A program made the translations under genes and the position numbers. Shown in pieces: positions 1 through 12,000 of a stretch of 64,000 nucleotides of DNA; the stretch's first letter is position 1, and each line of letters opens with the position of its first letter. This DNA comes from Candidatus Danuiimicrobium aquiferis (lineage in GTDB: Bacteria > Omnitrophota > Omnitrophia > Omnitrophales > Danuiimicrobiaceae), in assembly GCA_001804285.1 (NCBI GenBank), contig MHFR01000016.1:13975-77974 (forward strand), read 5' to 3'. The notes below the pieces were generated by a model that saw nothing but the letters and a program-made list of their open reading frames with translations, did not search any database and was not told the origin of the DNA.

Positions 1-2
1 GA

Positions 3-3000
3 GTTTTCCACGAATTTGTCGGCGAACGTGCGCGCGCCTTTTTGAAAGAACGGATTGACTGGGACATGAATATCGCGGAGCCGCTCGCCGCGCAGGATTG
101 GGTCAGCCGCATGAGCGTGTTAGTCGCCCGGCATAAGGATTTGATTGTGTCTTCGATTAAGGATATTGCTGATCTTGATGACACGCACAAAGTCACTTTG
201 TCTCAGCTTGGCACGGAATGGGAAAGCGAGAAACTGTATCCCGTCTTCGACTGGGGCAGTAGTCCGAATCCTTACCGGAGAGACCTCATTCCGTTTCTTG
301 ACGTGTTCGGAAAAGAAAAATTAAGGTTTCGATTTTGGCGGCATGCGTTGCGCGCTTTGGATGCCGCGAAGGAATCGTATCAATTGTTAGGTGATGTGAT
401 TTGGGAAAAGTGGGCAGAAAATTTAATCAGGGAAGCGACCGATGCCGGTGAGAAAACCAAAATCATCGAACGGATCATTCGCGAAGCAGAACCGCTTGAG
501 GTGTTGAAAACATCGATAGAGACAAGGGAGATGCGCGAAGAAATTAAAAAGTTAAGTATTTTTCAATGGCCGAGCGAAATCTTGTCAACGATCGTCAAAC
601 ATCGTAAGGGACAGTTTGATTTTTACGGCATGTCGGAGAAGAGCCGCTGGACGCGAATGGTTGAGACCTATAGTTTGAGAGCAACATTAATGAGTTTAGG
701 GCTTGGAGTTTTCTTTTTGTTAATAAATTATTTGCTAACGCTAAGTAATTTCGGCGGCAGTTTAGTGTTTCGAATGATTGGCGAGTGGAGCGGCCTCGTC
801 ACACTCGTTTTCGCGTTTATCTTTGTCATGACGGGGGGGATTGTGCGTTTCGTTTTTTCGACAATCCTTCAACGGGATTGGAAAAGTTTGATGGGGTGGG
901 ATTTTATTATTTTGATACAGCGCCAGGCCAAAGATGCCCAGGCGCTTCTTGACGGGTTGTATCTTTCGGGCGACATGGACCGCGCGCATGATGACTTGTT
1001 TCTTGCAAAAAAGGAATTTTGGACTGAAACAGCGAGGTTTTTGACCCTTTTAGGGTTTGTTGGGATATGGATCGTTCCGGTGTTTGCAATGCAATTAGGT
1101 CTCTATCCATCGATGATGGTATTCGGGCCGGTAGCGCTTGTTCTGCCATTTATTATTATTGGGCTTCAGTATGGTAAGTTTTCGGCGATGCGGAAAGCGA
1201 GTCAAAAACTTGAAGCGATTCGCCGTGCCGACGAAGAGGCATCCGTCAATACCTTTAACGATACGCATCGCTCCGAAGTTCGCTTCAATACGCCCAAAAC
1301 GGGGACAGGTTCTGGATCAACGAAATCAGAACCTGTCCCCGTTTTGGGTAGCCTTTATCAAAGCGCGCAAGTGTCCTCGCAGTTTTTTGCGAGGGCCGAA
1401 GCGCGCCAGCTTGTGCGGTCACCAGTTACGAATCAGCAGAGAACGCAAAGCCTGTCATTCCCGCATGCCTTAAGCGGGAATCTACAGCCTTGGATCCCCG
1501 CTTCCGCGGGGATGACACAAAAACTACGTGCCGAAGTTCGGGCGGCGAGGAAACCGAAAATTGATTCGCAGGAAAAAGTCATGACGGCGATCGATCCGAA
1601 TACGCACACCATTTTTATCGAAGCGCGGAAGGAAATACTGGATCAATTCGTAGTGAATTTGGCCAAGCTGTTATCGATTTCGGTAGAGGCGTTGCCGGTT
1701 GACATTCAAAATTTCTTGGCTGGTTCATCCAAGTCACTTGAATTGGGAAACCATTACTTTTTGCGCCGGCTTTCTTCCCCGGCGGACGGTGAACTTGCAC
1801 GGTTTGTTTTCACTTACCACATGAACAATCTGGCGTACGGCCAACAGGAAATATTTGATCAAAATAAGATTTGGGAAACTACGCAGACTACTTTTAAGTC
1901 GGTTATCCGTGGGACGATCGGGAAAACTCGAAAACTGGTTGAGACGGTTGAAAAGCCTATTTCCGAAAGGCAATTTTCAAGGTGGCTGACGGGAAAAACT
2001 TCCGGTGAAGCGGAGACGGTTCGAAGAATTCGGGAGATGACTGAAAAAGCGGGCGTTCTGAGCGCACGCGGCGATTTTGATCAGGCGGAACGTTATTTTT
2101 ATAAGGCTTTGCAATTGATCGAGCGGCATTCAACCGTCGAGGATTTAATTTATAAGTTGCAAGCGGGTGACGACACTATTCCGGTGTTACTTTCGGGCGA
2201 AGACGGCCTTGTCCGTGGCTATCTTCGGCAATTTATGAAAGCTCCGGAAGAAGCGATTGAGGATTTGGATCGTGTTGTGGAGATCTTGGATATTGTGGAA
2301 ACCGAGTTTGTCCGAAATCCCGTAATGGACGCGAGCGTTTGGGTGCCATCACTGATTGCTGCATATGTCGAACTCGCAAAGGCCTGCATTCATGATGACA
2401 GGGTTCCTCCGGGATTGAACGCCGTACGCCGTGCGTTCGAGTTGGTGGAGCAATTTTTGGAAATTACGGAAGCATCGCCGGAAATTGCGACTCTTTTTCA
2501 GGTTTTGCTCGATGGGATCGAATCCATGTGGACCGTGCCGGCTTTTGAGAACAATGCGCTTTCACGGGATGAATTTATTGATGAACCGGTTGAAGCGATT
2601 CGTATCGGAAATCAGATTTTATCCGAAGAGAAATTCCAGGCCCAAGTTCATCCTGAGGCGGTGAAAAAATTCCGCCAGCTCGAAAAAGACGTCAATGACC
2701 GGTTGAAACAGCTACAAATGCAGTACGAGGCGAATTCGTTTGATTGGCGCAATTGGCTTACGGGGCCGGATTTTAATTTAAATCAAGCGGTGACGTTGCT
2801 TGCCAGCGGTCCGGAAGCGCAATACGGGCTTTTTCACTATATGGTGCATCCGCAGTTCCGGCAGGTATCTGTTGTCGGACAACAGCATGCATTTCGCGCG
2901 ATGGAGAGCTTGGTCCGGTCAGAGAGGATCCTTTTGAGCAACGATTATATGTGGGAGCGTTTAGAGGCGCTTGAATATGTGACAGACCGTTATGCCATGA

Positions 3001-6000
3001 AAGAGTTCAGTGAATTTGCAGACGCTGTGAGAGAGTGGCGGCGTCCGCGAGCAAGCCATCCAGCCGGAATTGTGTCTCAGCAAGCAGCCAAACGTTCTGA
3101 GGATGTGTTGCCAATTCCTATCAAGAGGTCTGCTGCTTTGGTGCGGCAGACAATAGCGCTTTTAGAGCGAAAGGACGTGGATGTGTTGGCCCAGTCAATC
3201 GCGCATGCAGCTTCCTTGATTCCGGTGCGTACGCGTGCGGTCAATCAGGAGGATGTCAGAAAATGGACTCATCAGCTCGAATATCCAAAATTCAGAAATC
3301 AAGCGGAGGCCTTGCTTGTCGCGCGCGCAAAAGAAGGAGACTCAATCAAACAGATAGCATACGAAGCTACATCGGCTTTGGGTAGCGATGGAATTGCTGC
3401 ATCTATCGCTGCGATTTTTCTTGAGCTTGCGAAAGTGAACCAACGAATCACTATCCGTGCGCTGGTAAGTGTGAGCCAAAACCGGCAGCTGGGTCAAGCA
3501 TCTTTAAGGCTGCTTCGATGGTTTTTTGAAGATGACGAAGATCGTGTCCTTGCGATTTTGCGAGATTTTGCTTCTCCAAGCGAAGAAAATCCGCTGCTTC
3601 GCGAAAAAGCAGGTCTAGTGTTGGCTCAGTTCGTGCGTTCCGAAGCGCGAAATACCGATTTGTCGAAGGGTGATGCGGGAGCGGGTAAGGAAGGGGCTGA
3701 TGAATTGGTCGTTCAAATTGCTCGGCTCGCACAAGAAATCCGTAATAGGATAGAGATATTTATAGTAGAGGATACGAATTTTGCATTTCAGGAGCAAGAG
3801 CTGGAGGCCATTCGCAATGCGATGATTCTACTTGAAAAACTTGAAAGACAATCTGGATGGAAATTAAAAAAATTGCCGCCGAAAACGGAAGTAGTGACAA
3901 GAAAATTTAATGAATTAACAGAACAAGTTAAGAAATACCGGATAGCACTTTTGGGAAGCACAGCGGATGAACAAGTAGCTATGGCTTTGCCCGGAAGCAA
4001 GTTGAGCATAGAGCAGCTGCCATGGGGGAATGGGTTTATTGCGCAAAGGTTAGAAGCGTTTAAGGGAACGCTACAAAAAAGAATGAACACAATTCGCGAA
4101 GCGACTCGGATTATCGGGGTTGGCTATTCCAGCCTTTATGGGTTTGTGAGAGACCATCCCGATGCGGCGGAGTTTTATCATATCCGACAACCAGTCCTCT
4201 CTCCTCGGAGGGGAAAGCCTTCCAACCGGGCCGAAGCGCGCCACTCTGAAAATAGTTCCAAGGAATTATTAACCAAAGCGCGCAAGAGTCCTCGCGATGC
4301 ACAAGAGGATGGAGCGAGGGCCGAAGTTCGCTTCGAAAAAGATAGTACAAAAGAGATGCTTTATCAAGGCGAACGAGTGTCTTCGATACGGTCCAATATG
4401 GATGTATCGAGGGCCGAAGTGCGCGCGAAGGGGAAAAGCGGGCAGCTTTTAGGAATCGTGGTCCGAGGCGAAGACTCACCTCTTTGGGGGCAGTTTCAAG
4501 CCGCTGTTATCGGGGCGCTTCAAGTGAAGAGAGTTCTTGAAATCACACCGGCCAATCTTGAAATTTTTCATTATTCGCCACTTGATGGTGAAATCGGGGT
4601 TCTGTCAGTGACGAACAACCACAAACAACACAACGATTCTGGCAGTGTTGCGTTGGTGACATATAGTCTGAGAGTTGAGCGGGCGAAGCATGCCTCTGCA
4701 AAAGGCGGAAGCCGTAAAATTCTTAAAATCTCAGGACAAGACACCGGTTCGAATTATCAGAGCCTCGGTATGATGCGCCTCTTTTACGCTTATTTAAGCG
4801 CGTTCCATGGCATCAATCGTTTTGTCATTGACGTTAATACCGCACCCCGATTTCTCAAACGGTTAAAAGCGCAAGGTTTCATCCTTTCAATCCGCCAAAA
4901 AGGTTTATTCACCACCGTTGATTTGAATCATGAAAAATTAGCCGCCGTACTCCGTGTGTCTAGAGCTGAAGCCCGAGATAAGGGTGTTAAAACAGCCAAA
5001 AAGAGAATGAATGAAGAGGCCAAACTTCGCCGTCGCGCGGGGCGTTTGCGCAGGAATATTTGGAACTGGATTGCGGAAAATCCGGTTGTGTTTAAACGGA
5101 CACGACAGAAATATGTTACCAATGCACTCGGCCGGTTCAGGAAATACATCGACGAAACGCACGTAAGATTTGAACGGAAATGGCTCGATTATTTAATCAA
5201 AAAAGAGGCAGAGGTGACTCGTGTTTCATTGCCGGATCAACGGATACTCAGAATGATTTTTATTCCTCTTCAATCATTTATTCCGTTTTTCGAAACGCAT
5301 CAATATCCGGACGGTGATACCAGAGGTTTCGGTTTTTTGGAGGTTAATAAACGCAGCATTGGTTCTGGATTTTATTCTTATTCCCGGACTACCGGGGATA
5401 TGATTATCGGATTTCGGATCTTTCAGGAATTCCGCGAAAAAAATAACAAAGAAGTTTTTAAGGCGTTTTTGAATGCGCTTCTTCGTAAATTTCATCCGAA
5501 AAGATTTGTTGTGCCGAACCAGCAAATACATAATGCTGACACATCGCCGGCAGCCACTCTTTTTTATCTTAAGAGTGGTTTTATCCCTTACGGCGTTTCC
5601 CATAAAATACAAGCATCGGTAGACATGCGTTTTGTGCAACTGATGGAAGGACAGCGCTTGAGTTTGAAAACGATCCGTTCTTTGCACGATCGAATAGAAA
5701 GACATATTACCTTCACCGAAAACCCTTGGCTTTATGAAGGCGTTTGGGTTTCTCCGTTGATAAAACCCAAGAACGGACGATCGGAAGTTCACTCGCAGCC
5801 TCTTATTGATCAGAATGATGCTGCGAGTACAGCTTGGCCCTTAACGGCGTCGACTGTGTCTCCGCCAAGGGCTGAAGCGCGGATTTTTCATTCCGGTATT
5901 TTAGACCGTGGATTTCAAACAGAACTTAACGGGAACCAAGTCTATATGAAGGGACTCGACCGCGTCGCGTCACATCTCCTTTTGCCGAAGCGGTCCGAAG

Positions 6001-9000
6001 CGCGGGCGGACCGGTATGGGATCGATTGGGATGCAGTCGCGCGCGGGCTGTCGACGCAGCTTAGGAACATTGAAACGTTTGTTGTTGAGGCGACCACGCG
6101 TAAAGAATGGGCCGAAGTCACGCGTGAAGTGGAAAAACTGATCAACACGTTCAAAAAAGGCGTGCAGTTTGCGCCAACGGAGGTATTAAAAGGCCCTTCC
6201 TATGAGCAACTTTTCTTTCGGCTAAACCGTGTGGTCAAAATAGTGGCCGAAGAAACGGCAAAGATGCTTGTATCCCGCATTAACTCGGATGTGCTTATCA
6301 TTCTGGCGCAGCTTTCGCTTATAGTATTTCTTTTCGCCTTGGTAAGTCTTCCTGTCGCGATCGGTTTGTCTGCGCTGCTTTCCATTGGTTCGGTTTTGGC
6401 TCTGACCGGTATCTTGCGCGATCAAAATATGCGTAAGGTAACAGCCTCATGGCTTGCTCAAAAGCAGCGGGACATCGACGATCTGGCCGCGAACGGGCGG
6501 AAAGAAGACGCTTTCAGAACTGAACGTTCCGAAGCGCGGACGGAAACAAGCGGACAACCCCAAAAGTTTTGGGTGCCACACCGTGTGTTGATTGTCGAAG
6601 ACGATGATGTTTCTGCGCGTTTTTATAAAGCACAAATAAGGGCGTTTTGGAATTTGAACGAAGATCAAATTGACATCGTCTCTTCTGGAGATGAGGCAGT
6701 TTTGCGTTTTTATCCTGAATATCCGGCGACCTATGATCTTCTCATACTAGATCATGATTTGCCGGGCGAAATCCATGGTAAGGATGTTTTAGCCCTGGCG
6801 CGGCTCAAATCTAAACAAACAATGATTGTCTTTAACTCAGCCAACAGTGTTGCGAGACAATCGGTAAGAGATTCCGGGCTGGCCGATCTGGTTGTGCCCG
6901 GAAAGATCGGCGTTGAAAAAGACTTGTCGGATCCAAAATCAGATATCAGCGTTTGGCTCCGTGAAACAAACAGCATTGCTTCCTCTCGGCGGTCCGAAGC
7001 ACGAAGTGAATTCCCATTAAATCAAGAAGAAGAACGGATTTTGCGCGAATTGGGAATGTCTGTTGATGAAAAAACAGGAAAACTTTTTTATATCGATAGA
7101 ACCGGTGAACCGAGAGTCGAACTCGAGGCAGATGTGTCAATTGTGCGGCACGGTGAAACTTTACTGATTGAACAAAGCAGAAAAGATGGGCTTCAGCGTT
7201 TTCAGGGAGCATTAGATGGCCCGGAGAATCAGCTCTCGGAAGAAGGAAAACGGCAGGCCGAAGAATCGGCATTGAAATTATATCAAGAGCTTATTGAAGA
7301 ACGGAAGCTTGATCCCCGTGAACTTATTCTTGTTTCAAGTCCATTGACAAGAGTGTTGGATACGCTGCAGGCTTTTATTGATCTTGTTAAGGAAAGAACC
7401 GGATATGAACTAAAAATAACGCGTGATGAAGAGCTCGAGCGCCTTGCTATCGAAATCAGTTTTGGCGCCTATGAAAATTTAACCGAACCGGAAATTCGCG
7501 CCATGGGCGAAAAAGATTATCAACTTGCCCGGGCGTTTCGAAACGGCCATGCGCTGGTTCGATTTCCGGCGGGAGAGAAACCGGGCGAAAGTTTCGTCCA
7601 GGATTTAGTCAGAGCGTATTATTTAACGAAATATATCAATGAACATTACCGCGGGAAACATGTTGTTCTTGGAAGCCACGGGACGACTTCTGGCGCGATG
7701 CGAGTCATTCAAAAAGATCCGGCCATGTTTAATGCCGATGGATTTGTTGATTGGCGAACGAATATGCTAAAGCCGGCTCAGGTCTTCCATTTATCGAAAA
7801 TGAGCCGCCGCGCTCCGTCTCAAAAAGGCTGGAGCGATAAAGAACTATTGGGATTAGCCAGAAGAGCGTGGAATCTCGGCTATCAGCCGGAAGAAAAATC
7901 CGAGCGGCCGGTTCCTGATGTTATGGGATTGATCGCGAAACAATTGGCCGTCGAAGATAATCAAAAAACCCGCCGACCGGAAGCACCTAACGAAATTGCC
8001 AGAGCCAATTCATCGGAGGGCATTCAACGACAGATTAAAGCAATTAATGATAGTCTGGTTAAGTTGAGGCGTATGGAACTTGACTTACTCACCCGGCTGC
8101 GTTATCCCACTGAACACACTTTTCCCTACTGGCGGAATATTTCGGAGAAAGAGTTGCGCGCAGAATTGGAAGCAGTCAGAGCACAAATTGCAAAATTAGA
8201 CACAACAGCAAATGCTCTGAGGGATAAACTCGGTCGTTCCGAAGTTCGCAACATTAATAATAGTTCCGGGTTCCGAGTTTCTGGTTCCGAGTTAAATTCA
8301 CAATTAGGAACTCGGGACTCGAAACTCAAAACTTCCGCCGAAGGCGGACGTGCCGAAGTGCGGCAGGTGAAACGGCTTGTCAATTTTAATCGCATTGTTG
8401 ATTATCTTAAGAAACAAAAAATATCACAACAGGCGCTTCATTATTTAAACGAAATGCGTTTTGATTTTCAAATTCATATGACCGACGAAAGTAATGTTTT
8501 GAAACGCTTTGATTTCTCTGCATTGGATGAGGAGGATCGTCTGGTTTTACAGGAAGCTCTGAACAAATGGGTAGAAATATTTCAACAATGCAAAGCTTAT
8601 ATTAATGGAGAGGCGTGGGTTAGATATTCTCGAGTCCTCGAGTTTCTTTTGGCGGAATATGGTGGCTTAGAGAAACTGAGAGGAAAAAAAGTGGTTGAGC
8701 TCGGGCCATCTGACCGGGATGGGCTCTTGCGGTTTTTGAAAGATTCCGGGATTGATTCAATAGGATACGATGTGAATCCTGCGGTTCAAAATGATTTAGT
8801 GAAACCGGCGGATTTTTTTCGGGTGGCTGAGGATTATGCGCCAAACACGGTCGAAGTTGTATTTAGTGTTGATTCATTAACGGTGCCGTATATGATCCAA
8901 GCGAGCGGATATAGCCGCAATGAAGTTTATCGCACGGAAAACATGAATCGCTTGATGAAAGATTTGAACAGAATGATGACCTCAACAGGAACAGTGATTT

Positions 9001-12000
9001 TTGAGATGGAGCCGGTTCAAGATTTGGATACGTCGGGTTTTGCAATCATTGAACAACCATTAATGGACCTTCGTGGATTTTGGGTTTTCAAAATACAACG
9101 TGCCGAAGTTCGCAACCTTGCAGACCAAAAAGGGGACAGGCATATGACTCCTGTTGAGCAATTGCCTGTCCCCTTTTTGGCTAATCAAGGCGAACGAGTG
9201 TCCTCGCAGCCTTTTGCGAGGGCCGAAGCGCGCGCGGAGAGTCAGCCATTTTTTGTCGAACGGAAGATGCCGTTCGTTGAGATGGTGCAAGCGCTGCCGG
9301 AACTCTCTGAAGAATTGAAAGCCCAATTTGATTATGCGCGTGCAATTTATTTTGGGGATAAAAATCGTGCGGCTGATTTATGGAAATCGCTGGCTGAACA
9401 TGGATATAAGCTCATCGGAGGGAAATGGTACGCCATGGTGTTTTCTGTCAAAATAACGCTGGCCGGGGCGAGTATTGAGCCACTTCAACCAGACAGCTTC
9501 TTCTCGCATCTTCAGGTGGTGTTGGGCCATGAACTCAAGCATCTGGATCCTGCTTTGGCCATGAAGCTGTATGAGCATCTCGGATACTTTTTTTCAAATA
9601 TGAAAGTTGATCCGAGAATTCTCCCGACGGTATTTGATCTGGATTTGAGCCGCGCCTACTATTCCGAAGGCACACTTCCGGACGGAAAAGTTTTAACGCA
9701 TGTTATATTCCCTAACACCATTAACAGAAGCGTGTCAACGTCCGATTATGTGAGCGAATTTTTCTTTGTGGATGGTGTGTTCTATGCGTATGGAGCCATG
9801 CATGACTTTTGGTCGAATGCTGAGTTGGAAGAAAGCTTTTCAGTGCTTGAAGCAGAAAATGGAAATGCGATTGGACGTGGCGTTCCTCACCTTGCCCGTG
9901 ATGTATATGAAGCGCGTCTCAAAACCATTTTGAAAATTCTGCCGGGCCGGGTGGTGCGAGTTCCGTCGGCACAATTCTCTCTGAAAGCAGACGGGCACAG
10001 CGCGCTTATTTTTTATCTCAAACTCGGGTTTCGCCCGCGGCCTTTGCCGGAGGATATTGACTTGAGAAGCAAAGTTGATGACTGGATGGCAAAGCTTGAT
10101 AGCGATCCAAAACTCCGTATTCCCGAGCGTGAAATCGAACGGTTTTTATTGCGCATGGGAGAAAAAAACCTGTATTACATTCCGCCGGAAATGTTGAGAA
10201 GGGCCGAAGCGCGCTTGAATTCGGTTAATTCAACCACTGCCCTATCGCAACTATTAAATAAAAAGGATTTATTGAATGAAGCGATAGGACTGTCATGGCT
10301 TCCGATAAATATGTTTTCACATAGTCAATGGAAAGCCATGGCTGCTTCGGGCGATGCATTGAGGCATCGCTCCGAGCTGCGAGCGGGGTTACCCGAATTG
10401 AATGGAGAAATTCCGGGCGAGTTTACGCCGAAACAAGTTGCGCGGAAAATCCGGCAATTTTCAAAACAAGCTTTTGAGGAGAAGGAGCGCGGTAAAAAGT
10501 TCAACCTTGTTTTGACACAAACGGAAGAACAGCTTCCGGAAGAAGTGACGGTGACGGCGAGAAATTTAGATGCGCGTATGAGACGAGTGAACCGATTTTT
10601 AGCAGGATTTCCGAAGGGATACAGGTTTAAACTTTACTTCGTCAACGCTCAAATTCCCGTATTGATAGTGTCTCAAGCTCAAGAAATTCCAGCTGGCGCT
10701 ATTGTCAAAGCAGACGTTTTAATGAATAAGTTAAAACATGCGAATGATGCACTCGTCAATATCATGATGACATTAAATCAAAGTAAAAATCTAGTGACGA
10801 AAGGAAATTTAACGCATCTTCGAAGGCAACTCGCAATTGTGAGACAAATATATGATGACCAAGAAGGAATGTTAAAAAAAGAATTTCAGAAAGCCTATGC
10901 AAATGCAGATAAAACTGACTTTTTGCTTATGTTTATGTTGGCTGGTGCGCTCAAAGCTGTGGCGCACATTGTCGATCAAGGAAGCCCGAAATTACCCCAA
11001 CCTGTGAATTTTACAAATTTGTTGCAGTCATTAATGCCCATGACGAAAGCATTCGATTATCCGATACAGGTTACGGATGACACCTCAATTTTAAATCGCT
11101 CCGAAGTACGACTTATGCAACCGATGATGGAAAATGCAGCTGAAATGAAAACCGCTCGACCGAGCGCGACTCAACCGAGCAGTGTGGAACAATTGGAAAA
11201 TGCGAGGGATTATTTGAATCCGGCTTTAAGTTCGAGCCGGGTGACGCGTTTCGCTAAATCGGGAATTGAAGCGCCAACAACATCTTCGACGGCTACAAGG
11301 CGTGTTTCAACAGAAATTAATCGTTCTTCGACCCCACCAAGACGCTCTTTAACTTCATCCATATCTGTACGAAGCGCACCCAAGCCTTCAGCAACAACCC
11401 GAAAATCACTTTTGAGATCTTCAACTAATACACCAACTTCACGTGCGGTAAAATCTGACGTCATGGCAATAACACCTTCTCTTTCTGCGGGAGACCGAAA
11501 TTTAGCAGACAAACCGGAAGTTGTCAATATAAATCAAGATCATAATAATATTGAGTTTAAATCAACGGTAGAGATTCCCACATTGCCTCGCAATGACGAA
11601 CGATTGATCTCTGATTCCTCAATTAACCAAGCTGCCGATCATGTGGCGCTTGCGATTGCGCCGGAATCGGTTTCGTTGAATCCGGGAGACGAAATCCAGC
11701 CGGCGGACGTTCAGCGGGAACTGGTGATATTAAAGGAAGTTGATGTTGATGTGTTCAGTGAAAAACTTCGCGCTGCAGTCATTAAAAAATTGAAAGAACT
11801 CAATCCACAGGTTGACGTTGAAATTGTTGATCCTGAAATCGTGAAACAGTTAACGGGAAACTGGATCGACTTACTCGCGGAAAAATTGAGCGGCAAATTA
11901 TCGATTGCATTTGAAATGAGCGGTCAGTTGACGGTGGATAAAATAGTTGAAGCGTTTCAAGCTGAAGGCTTTCGCGGACGGATCAAAAATTTGATTCTGA

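Larger units (their letters stand above)
1269..11111 (+). repeat. Dispersed in-frame 15-bp/5-aa junction motif R[SA]E[AVL]R, 20 copies
   Basis: Copies start at 1269, 1392, 1527, 3636, 4227, 4317, 4410, 4962, 5778 (RSEVH), 5868, 5991, 6525, 6990, 8235, 8349, 9099, 9219, 10200, 10368 (RSELR) and 11097; all are in the giant ORF frame. Confidence 0.95.

Noticed and set aside
3090-7990. Degenerate motifs KRSED (about 3090) and RRPEAP (about 7971)
   Set aside because: Two or more mismatches; they could be decayed junctions but were not counted.
1353-9233. Canonical integron attC sites
   Set aside because: AAC/GTT occurs in only some copies, the GTTRRRY consensus is not met, long cassettes lack the left arm, and no adjacent intI is visible. 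Kept only as an analogy.
1269-11111. Junction motif array as a CRISPR array
   Set aside because: The repeat is only 15 bp and degenerate, spacing ranges from 90 to about 2100 bp, all copies are in frame, and no cas genes are present.
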